NCBI GenBank assembly: GCA_045863295.1
Contig: BTWA01000014.1
Span: 84,879-148,878, forward strand
DNA length: 64,000 bases
Direction: 5' to 3'
Origin: Candidatus Hydrogenedentota bacterium
Lineage (GTDB): Bacteria > Hydrogenedentota > Hydrogenedentia > Hydrogenedentales > SLHB01
In this document: piece by piece, positions 1 to 9,584 of the stretch
How positions within the stretch are numbered: the first letter of the stretch is position 1
Layout of the letters: every line of letters begins with the position of its first letter
Translations under genes and position numbers: made by a program
Notes under the pieces: model-generated
Databases searched by the model: none
Seen by the model: the letters and a program-made list of their open reading frames with translations, nothing else
What the model was told of the DNA's origin: nothing

Positions 1-2
1 AT

Positions 3-509
3 CGCGTAAAGAAGGGCGCCACGGTCAAGCAGATGCACACCTTCGCCGAGAATGCGCACAAGGCGGGAATCCGCGTGCATGGCTGTTTCATGTTTGGAGG
101 CCCAGGTGAGACTGTGGATACATGCCGCAAGACCATCGACATGTCTTTAAAATTGCCCATCGACACGGCGCAATTTACGGCGGTGGTGGCCTATCCGGGT
201 ACGACGTATTATCAGTGGGCCAAAGAGAGCGGATTTCTGAAACAGCGCAACTGGCGGGATTGGGTGGACAAGGATTTCGAGCAACAATCCACGCAGGAGT
301 TTCCCGGGCTGGGGACGAACGAGATTAATTCCTTTATCGACGAAGGGTTGAAGCGATTCTATTTGCGCCCCGCGCAGATGTGGCGAATGGCACGCAACAT
401 GCAGAATATGGCAGATGTCCGGGCTAAATTGCATGGGTTCAAGAGTTTTGTTGACTACTTTGTAGGCAAAGACAAGAAGCCCTTTGTTGGGGCGGTGGGG
501 AACAACTGA
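3..509 (+). CDS. B12-binding radical SAM protein, C-terminal part (5' end outside window; HpnJ/BchE-like class)
   Basis: Frame is open from position 3 (RVKKGATVKQM...). Carries VHGCFMFGGPGET and AQFTAVVAYPGT motifs typical of the C-terminal barrel of class B radical SAM enzymes. Confidence 0.85.
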   Translation, partial: RVKKGATVKQMHTFAENAHKAGIRVHGCFMFGGPGETVDTCRKTIDMSLKLPIDTAQFTAVVAYPGTTYYQWAKESGFLKQRNWRDWVDKDFEQQSTQEFPGLGTNEINSFIDEGLKRFYLRPAQMWRMARNMQNMADVRAKLHGFKSFVDYFVGKDKKPFVGAVGNN

Positions 510-941
510 ATGACGTGCCGAAGTCTGTTGATTGCTTTAGTGCTGGGATTGGTGTTGCCGGGATGCCTTTCGATGCGGCCCGCGACGCAGTTCGAGGATC
601 CCAACGGAAACACCAAGTTACACGTGTACTACGCAAGGCATCATTTGTCTGCAACACCGACCGACATTCAGGTGTACATCGATGGGCGGACCTATGCGGA
701 CCGCCGGTTCAGCATGCAATCGGGGCAACAGGATCAGATGTGGCGGTTCTCGCTTGCCGATGGACCGCACACGATTCGTTGCACGTCCAAGAAGGCCAAC
801 AAAGAATTGACCCAGAATTTCGAAGTGAAGGGGCGGTGCTTTATTGTCGTCACTTTTGTCTCCAGAACACAGGAAGGTGACGCCGCATTCCAAATATTCA
901 CTTCGGACGAACCCATTCCCGTGCCCCCGCCGGGAGTGTAG
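510..941 (+). CDS. hypothetical lipoprotein
   Basis: ATG directly follows the upstream stop. Hydrophobic signal ending in lipobox-like LPGC; beta-rich mature part; fills the gap between two operon genes. Confidence 0.7.
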   Translation: MTCRSLLIALVLGLVLPGCLSMRPATQFEDPNGNTKLHVYYARHHLSATPTDIQVYIDGRTYADRRFSMQSGQQDQMWRFSLADGPHTIRCTSKKANKELTQNFEVKGRCFIVVTFVSRTQEGDAAFQIFTSDEPIPVPPPGV

Positions 942-949
942 GAGCATTC

Positions 950-2083
950 ATGGCACACGTGCCCGTCGACAAAACACCATGGACGTCGCGATCCGTCGCG
1001 CCCGACGGTAAGGTCATCCGCGTCGGTGACGAAGCCAAGAAGAACGTATTCGACAATCTGGATAGCCGAATACTTACACACTGGCACGAAGCGAAAATGA
1101 TTAAAGACGGCCAGATGCCTCCGCCGCGAACGGCCATTGTTTATCCGACGTACGTGTGCAATCAGGATTGCCTTTGGTGCGAGTACAATGCGGAGAACAC
1201 GAACAAGCAATTGGATCGCGTGATGTCCGCGGAGAATTTGCGCAAGCTGATCTGGGACTTGCGGGATCTTGGCGTCAAGGGCATCGAATTCTGTGGTGGC
1301 GGCGAGCCTACCTTGCATCCCGCGCTGCCTGCCCTGATACGGGAAATGAAGGCGGACGGCCTCAGCATAGGCTTGCTGACCAATGGAACCAAACTCTATG
1401 GCGAACTGGCAGACGCCCTGGTGGATTGCGCCAGTTACGTTCGCGTCGGATTTGACGGGGCGACCCCCGAAACCGCCAATGCCGTGAAGCGTCCGCGCAC
1501 GCCTGAGGCGCGATTCGAGCGAGTCTGCCAAAACATAAAGGCAATGGTGCAAGACCGGAACAGCAAGGGTACGGATGCGAAGATCAGCATCAAGGTGGTG
1601 CTCGATCAGAACAACTATCACGAAATAGAGCCATGCGTACAACTCGCACTTGATATGGGCGTGGACAGTATCCAGTTTAAGGCCGCGCGGTTGTGTCCTT
1701 CCGAGTTGACCGACGCCGAGAGCGATCGGGCAAACGCCATGATCGATCATTGCAAGTCTGCTTACCCTTCGATGATCGTGGTTGGCGGCACCGCCAAGAT
1801 CAATATGCACACTCATTGCTGGCTCACGCCTTTGCAGGTTACCGTGGATACGATGGGCGATGTGTATTTATGCTGCTATTACCGGCATCGCAAGGAATCC
1901 CACACGATTGGCAACTGCTTTGAAACGCCGCTCAAAGACTTGTGGTACAGCGACGACCATTGGACTGCCATCAATGGCATCAAAGCGCATGAGTGCAACA
2001 ACCTCGATTGCCGATTTGTGCGGTACAACCAGATCATGGACGAAGTCATGGGGTCGAGTGACGCTCAATTCGAGTTCATCTGA
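950..2083 (+). CDS. radical SAM protein with C-terminal SPASM/twitch domain
   Basis: CNQDCLWC (CxxxCxxC) and GGGEPTLHP; C-terminal C..P...GDVYLCC...IGN...C...C cysteine pattern; AGGAG RBS upstream. Confidence 0.92.
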   Translation: MAHVPVDKTPWTSRSVAPDGKVIRVGDEAKKNVFDNLDSRILTHWHEAKMIKDGQMPPPRTAIVYPTYVCNQDCLWCEYNAENTNKQLDRVMSAENLRKLIWDLRDLGVKGIEFCGGGEPTLHPALPALIREMKADGLSIGLLTNGTKLYGELADALVDCASYVRVGFDGATPETANAVKRPRTPEARFERVCQNIKAMVQDRNSKGTDAKISIKVVLDQNNYHEIEPCVQLALDMGVDSIQFKAARLCPSELTDAESDRANAMIDHCKSAYPSMIVVGGTAKINMHTHCWLTPLQVTVDTMGDVYLCCYYRHRKESHTIGNCFETPLKDLWYSDDHWTAINGIKAHECNNLDCRFVRYNQIMDEVMGSSDAQFEFI

Positions 2084-2085
2084 AA

Positions 2086-3495
2086 ATGAAAGTCTTGTTG
2101 CTCAATCCGCCAGGACCTTTTTGCAGAGCCGGATCCCGCTGGCCGCACAAGCGTAAATTGCGTGCCACAGGAATTGATTATCATCCCTTTCCCTTTCAAC
2201 TGGCCTATGCGGCATCTCGCCTTCGCGAACAAGGGCACGAGGTCCGTATTCTGGACTGTATTGCGTTGTCCATGCCTCTGGACGAGTTGGAATCTGAAAC
2301 CGCGGTTTTCAATCCCGATGTGCTCTTTATGGAAACGAGCGCGCCCAGTTGGTCCTGGGACCTGGCGACCCTGCGGGCCCTTAAGAAGCCCGTAATTGCG
2401 GGCGGCGCGCATGCCACGGCAACGCCAAGGGAGCACCTGGACGCAGGATTCGCCGCGGTTATTAAGGGAGAGTACGATCAGTTTCTGGGAGCGGCATTGT
2501 CTTTGACACCGCAGCCTTGGCTCGCGCTCCCCGGTCATGATGCGGAATCCTACGCGCCGCTGATCAGTGACTTGGATGCAATACCCTATCCGGCGTGGGA
2601 TCTCATGCCCATGCACAAATACAATGACCCGTTCTGCAAGGGCACTACGGTTACGGTGTTGACGTCGCGCGGTTGTCCGTGGAATTGCGGTTTTTGCACG
2701 ATTGCGCCATTCGAGGGGAAGCGAAACTATCGCCGGCGCGATCCCAAGGCCGTTTGCGATGAGATTGCGGTCCTTATTGAGCGTTACAAACCGGACGAAA
2801 TCTACTTCGACGACGATACAATTACGATCAACCGGAAGCATATTCTTGCCCTATGTGACGAATATAAGTCGCGAAATTTCGGCCTTCCCTTCAGTTGCAT
2901 GGGCAATGCAGTCATCGATCGCGAAGTCGTCTTTGCCATGGCTGATGCCGGATGCCGTGCCATAAAGTTCGGCGTGGAGAGTGCCGATCCCGAAGTGTTG
3001 CGGCGGATTCCAAAAGACCAGGATCCAGGGGAAGTGGCGCGCACGGTGCGGGACTGCAACGAAGCGGGCATTCAGTGCCACGCCAATTTCCTTCTGGGTC
3101 TTGCCGGTGAAACGAGGGAGAGCGCGCGGCGAACTATCGAGTTCGCCCTCAACCTTGGCACGCAGACGCTTCAGTTTGCCATCGCGACCCCGTATCCGGG
3201 GACGGCCTTTTACGACGAGGCCAAGCGCAACGGTTGGCTGACCAAGGAGAGTTGGATGCAGTTCAACCCCAGCGGCGAGGCAGTCCTGTCGTATCCCGAT
3301 TACTCCGCCGATGACATTGCGGCCATGCATGCGTATGCGTGGAACCGCTGGCGCCGCCACATGTTATTGCACCGGCCGCAAACCATTGTGCATCACTTTG
3401 GCAACGCCTTCCGACGCGAAGGAGTGTCCGGCATGGTGCGCTTGGGCGCCTACGGCGCATCGCGCCTCTTCAGCGCCCTCGGAGCCCACGCGTGA
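2086..3495 (+). CDS. B12-binding domain radical SAM protein (HpnJ-like)
   Basis: N-terminal LLNPP...RAGSRWP and GGAHAT cobalamin-binding region; TSRGCPWNCGFC; FDDDT, FGVES and PYPGT motifs. Confidence 0.92.
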   Translation: MKVLLLNPPGPFCRAGSRWPHKRKLRATGIDYHPFPFQLAYAASRLREQGHEVRILDCIALSMPLDELESETAVFNPDVLFMETSAPSWSWDLATLRALKKPVIAGGAHATATPREHLDAGFAAVIKGEYDQFLGAALSLTPQPWLALPGHDAESYAPLISDLDAIPYPAWDLMPMHKYNDPFCKGTTVTVLTSRGCPWNCGFCTIAPFEGKRNYRRRDPKAVCDEIAVLIERYKPDEIYFDDDTITINRKHILALCDEYKSRNFGLPFSCMGNAVIDREVVFAMADAGCRAIKFGVESADPEVLRRIPKDQDPGEVARTVRDCNEAGIQCHANFLLGLAGETRESARRTIEFALNLGTQTLQFAIATPYPGTAFYDEAKRNGWLTKESWMQFNPSGEAVLSYPDYSADDIAAMHAYAWNRWRRHMLLHRPQTIVHHFGNAFRREGVSGMVRLGAYGASRLFSALGAHA

Positions 3496-4784
3496 AGATC
3501 GCCCTCATCAACCCCACCATGCCCGCCTCCTTGAAAAAGGAGAACTTGGGCCTCGCATATCTTGCCGCCACGTTGGAGCAGGATGGCCACAAAGTCCGGG
3601 TGATTGATGAAATCGCGGGCCACAAAGTGGAACCCAGTCTCGAAGAATTCAAACCCGATATCGCGGGATTGTCCTTCATGACCATGTACGCGCCCCGTGC
3701 GTATCAATTGTCAAAGCTTATCAAAAAGCGCTGGGGCATCCCCGTCATCATGGGCGGCACCCATCCGTCGGTGTTACCCGAAGAGGCCATTCAACACGGC
3801 GATTGCGTCATTCGCGGCGAAGCCGAATGGAGTTTTCCCAAAGCCATTACCGAAGGTAAACTCGAAGGCATCATTGAGCAAGAGGCACCGCCCGATCTCG
3901 ACGCCCTCCCGTGGCCCGCGCGCGACAAGGTGCCCCTCGATGTCTACGCGACAGCGGGGGAGGAGATCTGCGGGGTGAACTACCGCGCCCTCGGCGTCAT
4001 CACGAGCCGCGGTTGCCCCTTCCGCTGCGAGTATTGCATCAACTCCCGGCGCGAAACCCAGCTGCGTTATCACGGTGCCGACCGCGTCATTGAAGAGATA
4101 AAATTCCTCAGCGATCGCTACAACATTCAAAGCATTGCGTTTTACGACGAACTCATGGCCACGCACATCGATCGCTTCCGCGAGATCTGCGAACGCCTCA
4201 TCGATACCGGTCTGAATAAATTGAAGTGGGAATGCCAGATTCACGCCCGCCGTATCCGGCCCGATCTGGTTCCCCTCATGAAGCGGGCCGGCTGCATCCA
4301 GGTCAATATCGGCTTTGAAAGCGGCAGCCAACGCATGCTCGATCGCATGCAAAAGGACTGCTCCGTTGAGATCAACGAACGGGCCGCGGCCCTCCTGCGC
4401 GAAGGCGGCATCCGCGTGCGCGGCAGTTTCATCATCGGCACGCCCGGCGAAACCATGGCCGATGTGATGGAAACTGAAAAATTCATCAAGCGTGCGCAGA
4501 TTGACTTCGCGTCCATCCACTACCTCACGCCTTATCCCGGCACCGCGCTCTACGACGAATTCAAAAAAGACATCCATGCCGCCAACATTGGCTGGGAAAA
4601 GTTCACCGCCGGCGATCCCGACACCTTCAACTGCAACCCCGCCATGTCACCCGCGCAGCAGAAGAAAATGTTCCTCCGCCTCAGCGCCCGGTCCGCCCTG
4701 CGCAACTACCCCCTCACCGAAATGGTCCGCCTCGCCATGCGCAATCCACGCCACGCCATGCGCACCGTCGCTAATTTGTTCTAG
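3492..4784 (+). CDS. B12-binding domain radical SAM protein
   Basis: GTG start at 3492 overlaps the upstream TGA (GTGA). Motifs KIALINP, LGLAYLAA, GGTHPS, TSRGCPFRCEYC, GFESGS and PYPGT. Confidence 0.92.
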   Translation: MKIALINPTMPASLKKENLGLAYLAATLEQDGHKVRVIDEIAGHKVEPSLEEFKPDIAGLSFMTMYAPRAYQLSKLIKKRWGIPVIMGGTHPSVLPEEAIQHGDCVIRGEAEWSFPKAITEGKLEGIIEQEAPPDLDALPWPARDKVPLDVYATAGEEICGVNYRALGVITSRGCPFRCEYCINSRRETQLRYHGADRVIEEIKFLSDRYNIQSIAFYDELMATHIDRFREICERLIDTGLNKLKWECQIHARRIRPDLVPLMKRAGCIQVNIGFESGSQRMLDRMQKDCSVEINERAAALLREGGIRVRGSFIIGTPGETMADVMETEKFIKRAQIDFASIHYLTPYPGTALYDEFKKDIHAANIGWEKFTAGDPDTFNCNPAMSPAQQKKMFLRLSARSALRNYPLTEMVRLAMRNPRHAMRTVANLF

Positions 4785-7177
4785 TTTTTCTGTGACTGCA
4801 ATTTGATATGTTCGCGCCACTGGGAGAGGTCATACCAATCTCCGCTACTCGGGTCCGGCGCGAAGTTGGGCACTATATCCTTGACCAGCCTCGGCGGCAG
4901 TTCCGGCTTGTCCATGACCCAGAGTTCATGGCCATTGCCCATGCGGGGCGAGCTGAAGAATAGTTTGCCCTCATAAACGGTAAGCTCTTGTGGATGCCAA
5001 CCCAATTCGGGCACCAGATCCAGGGGTTGCGTCGGTATGCGCGTGAAACCAGGAATTGCATACGACACAATGTCGTACCCCTCGGGTGATCCCATGATGA
5101 CATTGGTGATCACATCACCCCACACCGTGATGTCGCGGGGAACGCTGCCCAGGGGCTTGTAGCGATGGTCTGCCACCACCTGTGTGCCACCCGTCGTCCC
5201 ATCCGTCCGCCAAAGTTCTACCCCCATATTCAGATTCTCGGCGCGAAAGACGACGCCTCCCGGTGTATTCGTAAAGGCTGTTGGACTGGAACTGCCCGGT
5301 CCAGGGAAGATATCCGCCAGCATCCCAAACGAACCGGTAGCATGCTCGTAACACCACAGCTCATACCCACAACCGGGCGTATAGCCGGCGAAGAAGATGA
5401 ACCGGGAGGTCTCAAGCCAGTCTTCCGGACCAAGCGGCGTTGGGCGTACGGATTCCCAGGTTTCAGCGTCCACCAATTCAATCAGCGGACACACCTGTTC
5501 TGTGCGCGGCCACTGATCGACAGGCGCCAGACGGTGTTCATCGTGCAGATATTCATAGGTCTGCCCTTCAGCCGTCTGAATGTACAGACGGGTATCAATA
5601 CTGTCCATTTGCAAGGCATCCCGTATTCGCTCTGCCTCCTCTGGCGGAAGGACGTTTACCGTATTTGATTCCAGCCCATCGGTGCACCAAAGGGATTGCC
5701 GGCCGGTCCGGTCGGTGGCTATGAAGTACAGCTTTCCCCGGTTCGGTGTTAGCAACGCGGGGAACGAAGATCCAATCGACCTTATGTTGGGCCGCACCCG
5801 TGCGACAAGCTCCGTGCCGTCTGTCGTGCCGTCGGTTTTCCACAGTTCGCGTCCGTATGCTGCATGGGTTGCGCCAAAGTAGACGGCGCCATTGGCAAGA
5901 GTGAGATCGTAGGGTTCGGAGGATTCGCGCCCGGGATTGATGTCCTTGACCAGCACCGTGCCATCCGCTGTGCCGTCTGTCCGCCACAGCTCCTCGCCGA
6001 ATTCGGGATTGCTGCAACTGAACAAGACCCAATCCTTGAATGCTATCAGTTGATACGGGCGCGAGTCCGCGGGGCCCGGTATTAAATCACGCAGTAGCTG
6101 GGTGCCGTCTTCGGTGCCATCGCTGACCCAGATCTCACTTCCGTTGTCGGCGGTCTGCGCGGTAAATACGACTCGATTGCCAACCCCGCAAATTTGATAA
6201 GGGGCCGAATCGGCGGGCCCTGGATTGATGTCTTTGACGAAACGCGGTCCATCTTGCATGCCGTCGGTGCACCAGAGTTCGACACCGGCCGATTCCGTGC
6301 GCAGTGCCATGAATAGGTGCGCATCGCTTATCCCATACTGTATGGTGCGACCGGGTACGCTATAGACATTTTCTAGCGTTAGTATCGTGCCTTCCGAGGT
6401 GCCATCGGATGCATAGATGTCAAAGCGCTCCTTTTCACCTGTCATCACCAAGAAATAAAACTGCCCCTTGAATACCGGCCCCCAATAGATTGGACGGGAA
6501 AAGGAGACGGCCGCGCCGCTAGCCGACAGAACCGGCTTGGTCGTATCCGGAGTGCCATCGGATTGATACAACAACATTTCCGATTCGGATACGCGGGCGA
6601 AAAAAAACAACCGATCGCCGAGCAAGTAGGGGACAGTCATCTGAGGGACGGCACTGGAAGGACCCGCATAAATGTCCGCCAACAGCGTCAATTCGCCGCC
6701 GCCTTTTTCCATCGCCCACATTTCCCATCCGGTTTCCTGGGTGTCGAGGGTAACAAAACAGGCCTTGCCCGTTTCCCACGCCCACAGAACACTTGCGCCG
6801 CCCATGCTGACGTCGTGCCGGCGCGGCCGGTGATCCGTTTCCCCGATCTGCCAGACACACTTCGGCATGACCAAATCGTTGAAACGGTGCGGCGCCGCGA
6901 ACACCAACATCGATCCAACGCCATAGACCCCTTGGTAGTCACCGTCCGCGGATCCCGGCGCTTCATCCAGAGCCAGTGTCAGTCGGTCCGATGGATCCAG
7001 CCGCCACAACTCCCGCCCGTGGATGCCATCGTCGGCCATAAAATACAGCCCGTGACCCGTCGCGCGAAGCGTGTCAGGACTGGATCCGTTGATGTCAAAC
7101 GGGAGCGACACAATGTCGGTCTGTGCCATGAATGAGGTCAACAGCATCATGGCCGTCAGGACTGGATGCCCCATCAT
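4781..7177 (-). CDS. secreted ELWxxDGT-repeat (beta-propeller) protein
   Basis: About 12 copies of ELW(R/K/C)TDGT-like repeats with DIxPG spacers. ATG at 7177 overlaps the kinase stop (ATGA); signal-like N-terminus. Confidence 0.9.
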   Translation of the reverse strand: MMGHPVLTAMMLLTSFMAQTDIVSLPFDINGSSPDTLRATGHGLYFMADDGIHGRELWRLDPSDRLTLALDEAPGSADGDYQGVYGVGSMLVFAAPHRFNDLVMPKCVWQIGETDHRPRRHDVSMGGASVLWAWETGKACFVTLDTQETGWEMWAMEKGGGELTLLADIYAGPSSAVPQMTVPYLLGDRLFFFARVSESEMLLYQSDGTPDTTKPVLSASGAAVSFSRPIYWGPVFKGQFYFLVMTGEKERFDIYASDGTSEGTILTLENVYSVPGRTIQYGISDAHLFMALRTESAGVELWCTDGMQDGPRFVKDINPGPADSAPYQICGVGNRVVFTAQTADNGSEIWVSDGTEDGTQLLRDLIPGPADSRPYQLIAFKDWVLFSCSNPEFGEELWRTDGTADGTVLVKDINPGRESSEPYDLTLANGAVYFGATHAAYGRELWKTDGTTDGTELVARVRPNIRSIGSSFPALLTPNRGKLYFIATDRTGRQSLWCTDGLESNTVNVLPPEEAERIRDALQMDSIDTRLYIQTAEGQTYEYLHDEHRLAPVDQWPRTEQVCPLIELVDAETWESVRPTPLGPEDWLETSRFIFFAGYTPGCGYELWCYEHATGSFGMLADIFPGPGSSSPTAFTNTPGGVVFRAENLNMGVELWRTDGTTGGTQVVADHRYKPLGSVPRDITVWGDVITNVIMGSPEGYDIVSYAIPGFTRIPTQPLDLVPELGWHPQELTVYEGKLFFSSPRMGNGHELWVMDKPELPPRLVKDIVPNFAPDPSSGDWYDLSQWREHIKLQSQKN

Positions 7178-9381
7178 GTCTGGGCCGCAACAGTCTGACC
7201 GGACACACCGGATACTCTGGACAGCAGACCGTGCCACGGCTCATGCAAGTTGGGCCATCCCCAAACCGCGATCGACGGGCCGCTGGCCGGTTCGGACGCT
7301 GTAATTTGCGCGTTCACCCTCACAAAGTGAGGGACGAACGCCGCCGTGCCATCGCCGATCTGTGTCCACGGGAGGCGCAACTCCAGCGTCAAGCGCCCCG
7401 CTTCCTCGTGCCAGGCCTGATCCAACGGTTCCTCCAGCACAATTGACCGTCCGCGCGCCACACGCTGCACCACTGCGCGATCCGGCGTGATCTCCACGAC
7501 AGCATACGGCGAATTCACGATCGGCACGCTACTCAGGGCAAGCACGGCGAACCGGCATCGCCATCCGCGACTCTCCGGCACTTCCGCGTCTAAGGCCAGA
7601 TATAAACCTTCTTCACTGCTTCGTGCATGCAAGGTGCCTTGACCCGCCGGCCAAGCGTCGATCGAAGACGCCGGCCAGGCGTCCTCGTCCGGCACGCCAT
7701 CCACATGAATCGTGGCATCGCCCAAGCCCAAGGCGTCCACACGGCCGCCGGCAAGCGCCGGCACGAAATGATCGAATGCAGTCACCGCCTCTGGATTGCG
7801 CGCCGACAACTCCTGGTAGATGATGGACGCAATCCCGGGCGCGGCCTCCAGCGCGGCCAGGAAGGCCGTATCGGTCACAGTGGAGTCGGCAGGCGTCAGC
7901 AGAAGCGCATCGATCAACGGTGTGGGCGTTGTGCTTCCATCCAATGTCAACGACAGCAACACCGGATTCTCGAAATTGGGCGCCTCGTCTGCCGTACCGC
8001 GTATGTTGCCCCACCGAAACCCGCCGTTGCTGCCGGCCACATACGCGCCCCAATGGCCCGTCAGGGTCATTGTTCCGCTTGCGGAGGGCCGCAGGTCGCC
8101 CACCCATGCAGCGAAATCCGAGTACGCAATGAGGTGGTAACTCGATACGACCGGATCGTGTTCGACAAGGATATGCCATTTCGCTGCCGGATCCATCTGG
8201 CTGTGGCCCCGCCGGATCTCCCGGTGGTTGGACATGGCGTCCCGCGTGGACGCCAAGATCGCCTCGGCCGTGGGAATGGTGTGCTGTAGCACCTGCTGCG
8301 AGGGGATGGCCTTTTTTACGGTCATCGAGTCACTTGAGTTCACCTCGTTCCGCATGGACCAGCCGGCGGTGCCGGCCGCCGCCAATCCAGCTACGATGGC
8401 TACGCCTGCAAAGATCTGCCGTATGAGCCGGCCCTTGTTCGGCTGCTGTACGGTGCTGGGCCAGTTTCGAAACGAAGGCGCCGAGGCTGCGCTTGCCGCT
8501 TCTCGATCCAGCGGTATGGTTTCAAGGCTGAATTCCGGTTCCTGGGTCATTTCCGGGCAGGTTGCGAGGATATCCAGGCAAGCTGCGGCGGTCGGCAGTC
8601 GCTTCGTTGCATCTCGCATGGTCATGGCATCGATCAATTCCGCCATAGTGTGCGAAACGTGGTCGACCGTGCCCGCGATAGGCGGCATGGGATTTTGTAC
8701 GAGGGTGAGAATAAACTGGTATGGGTTGCCGCTGGTAATTGGAATGGGGCCTACCACGGCCTCGCGCGCCACCATCCCCAGTGCGTAAATGTCGAATTGC
8801 GGTGTCGGCGTCTGCGATTCGAACGCCTCTGGGCACATGTATTGCGGGGTACCCGCGAACATGACCGTAGAGTCTCTCTCCCGAAGTACCGTTTCCCATG
8901 CGCCATCGGTTAGCCGTGAGATACCAAAATCACTTAATTTGACCACGCCGTACGTGTCAAAAAGAAGGTTGCTCGGCTTTACGTCACAATGGATGACGGA
9001 GGCTTCGTGGCAGCATTTAAGTGCCCCCAACACCGATCGGAGTATCTGGGCGAGCCATGCTGGCGAAACGCCGTGGGTCAGGGCCGCGCGAAAAGAGCCC
9101 CCCGCCAGATACGGCATATCAATCAGGAATTGACCTTCTACCTGGTCCAGCGAATTGATGTGGACAATATTGGGGTGGCTCAACGCCGCGATTGCGCGTG
9201 CTTCTTTCTGAAACGCCCGCATGGCTTTGGGGTCGGAGGTCAGCCCTGGCCGTAGCATCTTGAGCGCGACTTCTCGGTCCAGGCTGGTGTCAATGGCGAG
9301 GTACACCACGCCCATGCCACCATGGCCCAGTTCACGCACTATCTTGTACTTGCCACCGGCAAACTCAGGGTACACTGCCAT
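7174..9381 (-). CDS. membrane Hanks-type serine/threonine protein kinase with C-terminal extracytoplasmic region (CBM9/DOMON-like end)
   Basis: GHGGMGVV, VALK, HCDVKPSN, DFG, GTPQYMCPE and DIYALG motifs; TM helix IFAGVAIVAGLAAAGTAGW; C-terminal IHVDGVPDEDAW...LYLA...ELRLPW pattern. Confidence 0.92.
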   Translation of the reverse strand: MAVYPEFAGGKYKIVRELGHGGMGVVYLAIDTSLDREVALKMLRPGLTSDPKAMRAFQKEARAIAALSHPNIVHINSLDQVEGQFLIDMPYLAGGSFRAALTHGVSPAWLAQILRSVLGALKCCHEASVIHCDVKPSNLLFDTYGVVKLSDFGISRLTDGAWETVLRERDSTVMFAGTPQYMCPEAFESQTPTPQFDIYALGMVAREAVVGPIPITSGNPYQFILTLVQNPMPPIAGTVDHVSHTMAELIDAMTMRDATKRLPTAAACLDILATCPEMTQEPEFSLETIPLDREAASAASAPSFRNWPSTVQQPNKGRLIRQIFAGVAIVAGLAAAGTAGWSMRNEVNSSDSMTVKKAIPSQQVLQHTIPTAEAILASTRDAMSNHREIRRGHSQMDPAAKWHILVEHDPVVSSYHLIAYSDFAAWVGDLRPSASGTMTLTGHWGAYVAGSNGGFRWGNIRGTADEAPNFENPVLLSLTLDGSTTPTPLIDALLLTPADSTVTDTAFLAALEAAPGIASIIYQELSARNPEAVTAFDHFVPALAGGRVDALGLGDATIHVDGVPDEDAWPASSIDAWPAGQGTLHARSSEEGLYLALDAEVPESRGWRCRFAVLALSSVPIVNSPYAVVEITPDRAVVQRVARGRSIVLEEPLDQAWHEEAGRLTLELRLPWTQIGDGTAAFVPHFVRVNAQITASEPASGPSIAVWGWPNLHEPWHGLLSRVSGVSGQTVAAQT

Positions 9382-9584
9382 TTCCTGAGATGACTCCGCC
9401 TCACACCGCCTGCAACCCTCGCTACACGCCTATATTGACAAATGCGGTGCCTCAATATCACGTTATAAAAGGAACCTCGCAAGGGCAAACCGTGTTCTAC
9501 TCGGTTGACGCGTGACTGCCGCCTGCATTACTTTTGTCATCCGTGGCAGTGGCCAAATTCAATTTGCACAGGAAGGGTTGCACC

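Noticed and set aside
734..1816. 360-aa minus-strand ORF
   Set aside because: Antisense shadow of the radical SAM/SPASM gene with no motifs; long shadow ORFs are expected in GC-rich DNA.
3339..3491. N-terminal extension of the 3339-4784 ORF
   Set aside because: Overlaps the upstream gene; the family-typical start KIALINP begins at GTG 3492.
9482..9550. GGGCAAACC...GACGC segment resembling a c-di-GMP-I riboswitch
   Set aside because: Lacks the GNRA tetraloop, the GCAAAG junction and a recognisable receptor; an Infernal scan would settle it.
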